Assembly: GCA_016933055.1 (NCBI GenBank)
Contig: JAFGBS010000031.1
Coordinates: 82,465-114,464, forward strand
Length of the DNA stretch: 32,000 nucleotides
Direction of reading: 5' to 3'
Origin: Promethearchaeota archaeon
Lineage (GTDB): Archaea; Asgardarchaeota; Lokiarchaeia; Sigyniarchaeales; Promethearchaeaceae
In this document: positions 27,201-32,000 of the stretch, piece after piece
How positions within the stretch are numbered: position 1 is the stretch's first letter
How the letters are laid out: each line of letters begins with the position of its first letter
The notes under the pieces: model-generated
Told to the model about the DNA's origin: nothing
The model's input: the letters and a program-made list of their open reading frames with translations, nothing else
Databases searched by the model: none
Translations under genes and position numbers: made by a program

Positions 27201-28445
27201 ATAGAAAATAGATATTATAGCATGATCGGATCCTCATTTTTTGGATTGGGAGTAAATTTTATTAGCATTATTTTCAATGAGACTGGTTACCAGTCTGCTT
27301 CGGAGATTTTACAAATATCTGTGACCCGTATAAACTTAGATGCGATATTTCAAGATTCTGATACCATGTTGGTAACCAGTAGGGATGATTTTTCTACACG
27401 AATTTTTTTAAAAGATCCCAGAACTTCAAATCCGATTTTAAATGCAACGGTTACGTATAGCTGGACCTTCGGTACGGGTTTTCTAACTGAAATCGGAGAA
27501 GGGTGGTATGAATTTTCAGAAACTGCTCCTACTCAATCTGGAACCTACAAAGTGACATTTACTATTACACCTGTAAATTCTGATTATGAGATTTTAACCA
27601 TGCAAATGACTCTTGTTTCACAAAAACCAGATACTATTGTGAAATGGTGGTGGATAGCGATCCCGGTTGGTGCTGTTATTGCAGTTTTATCCGGTTCTTT
27701 AATTGCTATAGGAGTAAAACAAAAACAAACGAAAACCCGAGAACAAGAAATCGCACGATTAAAACTAAAAACTCAGATTTTTGATGACATAACTAACATC
27801 AAAGGCATTCTTCTGATAGAGAAACACAGCGGTTTGCTGATGTATAGGCATGTATTAAGTGGTTTGGACGAAGAGAATGAAGAATTATTCTCAGGTTTCA
27901 TAAGAGCAATTCTTCTATTAGGTAAACGATTTATCCGAGATGAGGAGGAGATTGAAAAAGGTATGGTATTTGAGAAAAAAGAGTTCATTGAATTTACTCA
28001 CGAAAATTTCAAGATTTTGTTGGTGGGTGGTCATAAAATAATTATGGCACTTATTCTTGAACAACAAGCTTCGAAAACTATTCGGGAAAAAGCAACAAAA
28101 TTCATTGAAGAATTCGAGGGGATCTATGGATCAGTTTTAGAGGGTTGGAATGGAAATCGAAATGTATTCGAAGACACCACTCCAAAGCTATTCGAGGAAA
28201 TCTTCAATCTCTCTTTATTAAAAGCATTCAAATTAACAGACAATTCTAAAATTTACGAGAAAAAATTGATTACTCCAGGTTCCATCTCAGAGCGAGTTTC
28301 GAATGTAATACAAACCCTACTTGAAGAAAAGGAAAGTTTTCATTTGAAAACCATCATTTCATTAATACCTGAAGGTGACCAACTTGCTGCTAAAGAAATA
28401 ATCCTGAAATTTATAAAAGGGAAATATATTATTCCTTTGGATTAG
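24300..28445 (+). CDS. Large single-pass receptor-like surface protein, paralog 1: leader / CUB-like / beta-rich / Ig-like repeats / TM / cytoplasmic longin-like + putative winged helix
   Basis: Hydrophobic leader LVFITFFILLTISAAS. CUB-like ESQHDY...VHFSRFEVEDGYDFLYVYDG...FSIQSDGTVREWGYSIDY (about 24768-25058). Repeated Ig-like strands. TM WWWIAIPVGAVIAVLSGSLIAIGV (27645-27716). Tail LFSGFIRAI...WNGNRNVF. ATG 24300 has AGGTG 6 nt upstream. Confidence 0.8.
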   Translation: MRKINFKITYSLRKLNRLVFITFFILLTISAASVPLSLHDKGYETDTEINEIIMTTPESSDLFENNILYSGIENPLTVNETAIHSSTNHFTIGNGTNSLYSSQYAEFPIDSTHDWEGYYYNATFTNIQDERDWIEQGDMGSDSGLVGLVKTTLGTPIESQHDYQNNQDADPSDPDGTITSNSDFVRVHFSRFEVEDGYDFLYVYDGSNNLIDCITGLYPLGLNSSMYNATILKFSIQSDGTVREWGYSIDYIEEINQSTWRTYKTYMNPEFANSKISELGGASSLGASFIGDYDSYDGSYDYYIGEVGFYEEFIVPRGKVTDAWFSMDYYLNKGLESNDFLIYCKINGEFVYTRGFGTIINLGRNLWHSTGAINLLLWENATQIFNPTIQNQNLNISFGIYAPFSWGYYGGEDVIQQEAFFDNISLVLKTEANCTQIGINLQIDGLSVSESPSWGSGSLTKYGSWDSNPMQLLLSTDAEKLEFDLNSKIYGYHTDSTHEQTNGVTGARVTIFSNDTIQWDSYHNVFVPSQYSEFSYKVYKPFDWNITNVEDPTGLQHLSYIGGDIGENSFIIESDFLGWWYFEAKSDSLLISSSTDLWDELTWKDYDSEDISYDIGDSIRIRTAVSNPSLIGNLLSTTAKITVYYPNGTIYYTDHANPDGSGNIQFSDHGILAANTSGGVYQYKIIWTNGTAAGGLNGSFEIKHAIQHTLLYPRDAILDYNTEAVFGDIIPVRLKLNDLNTGILLSELDVEHNWITGNNTLTKMGSGIYDVSFDTLDLPGVGKYEVDFTVSGLGFYSIYFTLNISIVSETELKIIGLDNNIDYGTNFTIEIDYRTKPEPIGILNALITTNITDYYVEEQVIDGHYLIEINSSSSFVGAGTYDIQINASQTDYYSQVLVTRIQILPRSIYFEIHINSVDCTSNKSYATKIQEDLHFSIGVYTVSGGIPVLTGTVQLSDGVSYSSPFSLIENRYYSMIGSSFFGLGVNFISIIFNETGYQSASEILQISVTRINLDAIFQDSDTMLVTSRDDFSTRIFLKDPRTSNPILNATVTYSWTFGTGFLTEIGEGWYEFSETAPTQSGTYKVTFTITPVNSDYEILTMQMTLVSQKPDTIVKWWWIAIPVGAVIAVLSGSLIAIGVKQKQTKTREQEIARLKLKTQIFDDITNIKGILLIEKHSGLLMYRHVLSGLDEENEELFSGFIRAILLLGKRFIRDEEEIEKGMVFEKKEFIEFTHENFKILLVGGHKIIMALILEQQASKTIREKATKFIEEFEGIYGSVLEGWNGNRNVFEDTTPKLFEEIFNLSLLKAFKLTDNSKIYEKKLITPGSISERVSNVIQTLLEEKESFHLKTIISLIPEGDQLAAKEIILKFIKGKYIIPLD

Positions 28446-28448
28446 CCA

Positions 28449-28467
28449 TTTTTTTTTCCTTTTTTTT
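28449..28467 (+). terminator. Oligo-T terminator (T9-CC-T8) after paralog 1
   Basis: TTTTTTTTTCCTTTTTTTT starts 3 nt after the TAG at 28445. Confidence 0.6.
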
Positions 28468-28486
28468 AAGTGACTTAAATATAAAA
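28465..28486 (+). promoter_or_regulatory. Perfect 7-1-7 palindrome overlapping a TATA-like box upstream of paralog 2
   Basis: TTTAAGT-G-ACTTAAA (28465-28479) runs into TTAAATATAAAA (28475-28486). Confidence 0.45.
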
Positions 28487-28542
28487 GTATGAATTTTTTT
28501 TAATCTCGTATTGTAACAAGAGATGATAAGGAAAGAAAGGAT

Positions 28543-31500
28543 ATGCCAAAATTAACGAGGTTTTATAAGAATTACATAATTTTGGCCATCCTTTTTTTGG
28601 GAATCTTTTCAAATATCAACACTAGGTTCCTGCCAGAAGTAAATAATACAATTTCTAAAGGAGTACACGATTCACCAGTCAGTTCAGATGTTTTTGATTC
28701 AGGAATCCTTTATTCAGGAATTCAAGATCCTTTAGGAATAAATGAAACGGCTATTCATACAGCAAGTGACCATTATACCATCGGAAACGGAACTAACCCT
28801 GATTATACCTCCCAAAATGCGGAATTTCCTCTTGATGTAACAAATGACTGGTACGGATATCGATACTCAGCTAATATCACTAATCTTGTGGATGAACAAG
28901 ATTGGATTTTAAACGGAAACTTTGGCAGCGATGTTGGTGTAACCCCTTCTACTCATATTGTACAAACATTTGAATCCTCCCATCCTTATGCTAATTCCCT
29001 AAATTCCGATCCCAGCGTCCTTGCAAACATAATAGCATCAATCGATGGAAATGGATGTAATTATATGAGGATTCATTTTGTGAATATTTCTACTGAGTGG
29101 AATCTAGATACACTTTATCTATGGGATGAATCCAATAATTTATTGGGTTGGTATGAAGCAAACTATGAAGATCTAATAACTCCTTGGTTTAATACATCTG
29201 TTGTAAACATCACAATGGAGACAAGTTCTTCGGGCACTGATTATGGGTTCTATATTGATTATTTCGAGACATATAATGGACAACTCTTTTCATTTAATTC
29301 TGATAACTGGACTCCCTATGGGAAAGGACTTGATTCAAGCAGAATGAATGCAGTCGCGAGTCATCAATTGAACAATTCTGCCATAAATGTTACACTAGCA
29401 GGAGTTCCGGGAACCGGGAATTCATACAGTTATAAATTTGATGAATCTGGAATATATCAAGAATTATCCATTCCTCGTGGAGGGGTACATGAAGCATGGC
29501 TCTCTATGGATTATAATGTACTTAGGGGGATTAATAACAATGAAATGATTTTATTTTTCAAAATTAATGATGTAATAATTTACCAGCGTGGATTTCAAAC
29601 TATTACGGGAGAGGGATTAACAAAATGGCATACCACGGGATTAGTTCAAATATCAATTCCTTCTTCAGTATTTAATGACCCAGTGAATGACCAAATCGTA
29701 AATATTTCTGTTGGTGTACAAGCAACAAAAAACAAAGTATATTCATTTAATCATGCGGACTTGCAGGAGGTCTATTTTGATAATATCACCTTAATTTTAA
29801 AAGCAGAAGTAAACTGCACTAATACGAATATAAACTTAAAAATTGATGGTCTTTCTCCGATTGATTCTCCTCTCCAGTGGGGAGAAGGAACTTTCAACCG
29901 ATTCTATGTCTGGGATACGAATCCAATTGAAATTTCATTAAGCACTGATACATTAAAGGTTGAATTTGACTTAGAATCTACAATATATGCTTTTCATTTC
30001 AATTATTCAAAACTGGAAGAGTATGGTGATGTAGGATCCCAAGTTATCATTTATACCAATAATTCTGTCCATTGGGAAACTTATTATCGAGTATATATTC
30101 CACTTTATTATGGGAATCTTGGATTTTCAGGAAACAAACCTCAAGATTGGGAAATGCTTCAGATTAATAATCCTCTAGACGATTCTGTGCCATTCTTAGA
30201 CGGGGAAAAAGGAGACGAGATATTTACGGTTGAGGGAGTAAATACTCCAGGCTGGTGGCGTTTTAAAGCAAGATCTACTAATATGATACCCTCCACTTCC
30301 ACAGAAGTATGGAATGGAATGGATTGGGAAAATTATCTTGATCAGATTACGTATAATATTAGCGATACATTGAGAATAAGAACCGCATTAAATGCATCAC
30401 TGGGTAATATTGAAAATAACGCCTCAACATGGGCTAATTTGACTATTTACGATCCAGACGATGGAGTATGGCATACTGAAAGTGTACATCCAGATATTAC
30501 AGGAGGAATTCAATTTTCTGATGTGAATATTGGTGCTTTTAATACAACGGGGGGAACCTATCGATACAAAATTATTTGGACAAATGGAACTAGTGCCGGA
30601 GGAAGAAATGGAACATTTATCGTTCAAAGAAACCTAGCATTTTCAATTTTGTATCCCAGAGACGCAATTGGAGATATGGTGACGGAAGAAATTCTCGGAG
30701 ATGTTATTCCACTTCGATTTATTTTGAATGATTCATTTACTGGAGTGAAACTGTCTAATTTACAGGTCCAATACAACTGGACTACTGGTACCGAATCTCT
30801 CATTGAAATTAGTCAAGGTATTTACGACGGAGCTTTAGATACTTTAGATTTAATGATTCCTGGCTATCACGAGATAAAATTTATAGCTTCTGGTTTTGGG
30901 TATCATAACTTAACTTTTATTTTAAAGGTTAATTTAGTTGAAGAAACCGAGGTAAAAATCATAGGACTAGACAATAATATCGATTATGGTACCAATTTTA
31001 GTATACGGATTAGTTATACATCAAAACATTTGAGCTATGGGATACCTGATGCCAATATCACTCTAAATTTATCTTCTACACACTATCTCGTCACCCCTGA
31101 AGTTGAAGATGGAAAATACATGATAGAGATCTCCAGCAAAGATGCATTTATGGGAGCAGGGTTTTATGACATTCAAATTAATGCTTCAAAACTCTATTTT
31201 CAAGATCAAGATATTGTCACTCGAATTCAAATCCTACCACGAACAATCTATTTCCAAATTTACATTAATTCTGCCGACTGCACCCTCAATAAATCCTATT
31301 CAAGCATCATAAAACGAAATCTAAATTTCTCGATTGGTATCTATTCATCAGCAGAACACTTACCTATATTAGAGGGGAGTGTATATATGACAGATGGAGT
31401 ATATACATCAGAAGCATTTGAAATTGTAGAGAGTTATTACTATTTGGAATTAAATACGTCTCAATTTGGATTAGGTACTCATTTTATCAGTATTATTTTT

Positions 31501-32000
31501 AATGAGACAAGTTATCAATCTGCATCTGAGAACCTAATGTTATCTATTACTCGTTTAAATTTTAATGCTTCATTTTACAACACCGAGGAAACCTTAGTTA
31601 TCGATCGGAACAAGGACTTTGAGGTGATTATAAGTGTTGAAGATCCATTGACTCATTTACCCATTACTGAGGCTAATATTTCCTATAGCTGGGTTTTTGG
31701 TCGAGGATTTCTGACAAATCTGGGTGATGGAAGATATGTATTCGAAGATTTAAGTCCCTACAATCTTGGTACGTATAAAATCACTTTTACAATTTCGTCA
31801 CCAAATGAGGATTATGAAACCACTACATTAACGTTGACTTTAGTATCTCAATTACCGGAAGGTACTTCCAGAATTTGGTGGTTTTTAATTCCTAGTGGAA
31901 TTGTAGCAATTATTACCACATCTATCTTACTTTTCAATGCCTACAAACGAAAAGTGATTATTCCAAGACAAGAACAGGAAATTAAACTACTAAGAAAGAA
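28543..32000 (+). CDS. Large single-pass receptor-like surface protein, paralog 2 (3' truncated by the window; not in the ORF track)
   Basis: I translated frame +1 from ATG 28543 (MPKLTRFYKNYIILAILFLGIF) to the window end with no stop (over 1150 codons). Collinear with paralog 1 (ILYSGI.DPL..NETAIH, GNGTN, YKIIWTNGT.AGG.NG, LYPRDAI, KIIGLDNNIDYGTNF, TRIQILPR.IYF, FISIIFNET.YQSASE). TM IWWFLIPSGIVAIITTSILLF near 31873-31935. Confidence 0.9.
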   Translation, partial: MPKLTRFYKNYIILAILFLGIFSNINTRFLPEVNNTISKGVHDSPVSSDVFDSGILYSGIQDPLGINETAIHTASDHYTIGNGTNPDYTSQNAEFPLDVTNDWYGYRYSANITNLVDEQDWILNGNFGSDVGVTPSTHIVQTFESSHPYANSLNSDPSVLANIIASIDGNGCNYMRIHFVNISTEWNLDTLYLWDESNNLLGWYEANYEDLITPWFNTSVVNITMETSSSGTDYGFYIDYFETYNGQLFSFNSDNWTPYGKGLDSSRMNAVASHQLNNSAINVTLAGVPGTGNSYSYKFDESGIYQELSIPRGGVHEAWLSMDYNVLRGINNNEMILFFKINDVIIYQRGFQTITGEGLTKWHTTGLVQISIPSSVFNDPVNDQIVNISVGVQATKNKVYSFNHADLQEVYFDNITLILKAEVNCTNTNINLKIDGLSPIDSPLQWGEGTFNRFYVWDTNPIEISLSTDTLKVEFDLESTIYAFHFNYSKLEEYGDVGSQVIIYTNNSVHWETYYRVYIPLYYGNLGFSGNKPQDWEMLQINNPLDDSVPFLDGEKGDEIFTVEGVNTPGWWRFKARSTNMIPSTSTEVWNGMDWENYLDQITYNISDTLRIRTALNASLGNIENNASTWANLTIYDPDDGVWHTESVHPDITGGIQFSDVNIGAFNTTGGTYRYKIIWTNGTSAGGRNGTFIVQRNLAFSILYPRDAIGDMVTEEILGDVIPLRFILNDSFTGVKLSNLQVQYNWTTGTESLIEISQGIYDGALDTLDLMIPGYHEIKFIASGFGYHNLTFILKVNLVEETEVKIIGLDNNIDYGTNFSIRISYTSKHLSYGIPDANITLNLSSTHYLVTPEVEDGKYMIEISSKDAFMGAGFYDIQINASKLYFQDQDIVTRIQILPRTIYFQIYINSADCTLNKSYSSIIKRNLNFSIGIYSSAEHLPILEGSVYMTDGVYTSEAFEIVESYYYLELNTSQFGLGTHFISIIFNETSYQSASENLMLSITRLNFNASFYNTEETLVIDRNKDFEVIISVEDPLTHLPITEANISYSWVFGRGFLTNLGDGRYVFEDLSPYNLGTYKITFTISSPNEDYETTTLTLTLVSQLPEGTSRIWWFLIPSGIVAIITTSILLFNAYKRKVIIPRQEQEIKLLRK

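Noticed and set aside
429-30627. Short ORFs from the track overlapping larger genes (e.g. 429-626, 2424-2612, 2742-3065, 5545-5868, 9657-10019, 18147-18392, 24245-24499, 30424-30627)
   Set aside because: They are antisense or off-frame shadows of well-supported genes, with no motifs or start signals.
24300-32000. Simple S-layer proteins
   Set aside because: The roughly 240-aa folded cytoplasmic domain after the TM is not expected for plain S-layer subunits. A structural surface role is still not excluded.
1-32000. CRISPR arrays, tRNA/rRNA genes, IS elements, prophage, programmed frameshifts
   Set aside because: No spaced direct repeats, GC-rich cloverleafs, transposase/integrase motifs or broken reading frames were seen. 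Intergenic gaps are short and AT-rich.

Overview
AT-rich (about one-third GC by eye), gene-dense archaeal chromosomal window. It is most consistent with an Asgard archaeon of the Lokiarchaeia/Promethearchaeota type (inference from the UPF0200/UPF0201 pair, DUF504, a NOG1-type GTPase, mfnE/mfnF, an ADP-forming acetate-CoA ligase, longin-like proteins and oligo-T terminators). It has about 29 genes, mostly housekeeping or metabolic: an ABC permease and ATPase, Maf, a PfkB kinase, GalT, a HIT protein, ACD plus a DRTGG protein, a KaiC-like ATPase, methanofuran enzymes, NOG1, an ArsR regulator, a GPH transporter, an orphan m6A methylase, RpiA, DAP ammonia-lyase, a GNAT protein and dUTPase. No rRNA, tRNA, CRISPR array or mobile element was seen. 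The standout is a tandem pair of very large, paralogous, receptor-like single-pass membrane proteins at 24300-28445 and 28543 to beyond 32000; the second is absent from the supplied ORF track. Their architecture is N-terminal hydrophobic leader, CUB-like domain, beta-rich region, about 5 Ig-like repeats, TM helix and (complete only in paralog 1) a cytoplasmic longin-like plus putative winged-helix tail. A soluble longin + winged-helix protein with NPRL2-like architecture (1868-2575) carries the same longin motifs. Together they suggest a candidate Asgard transmembrane signalling module. Other notes are a strikingly eukaryote-like RpiA, a type VII ABC permease lacking its extracytoplasmic domain, a 489-aa all-coiled-coil protein, and several palindromic promoter elements. 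All family calls come from motif recognition by eye; no database search was run.
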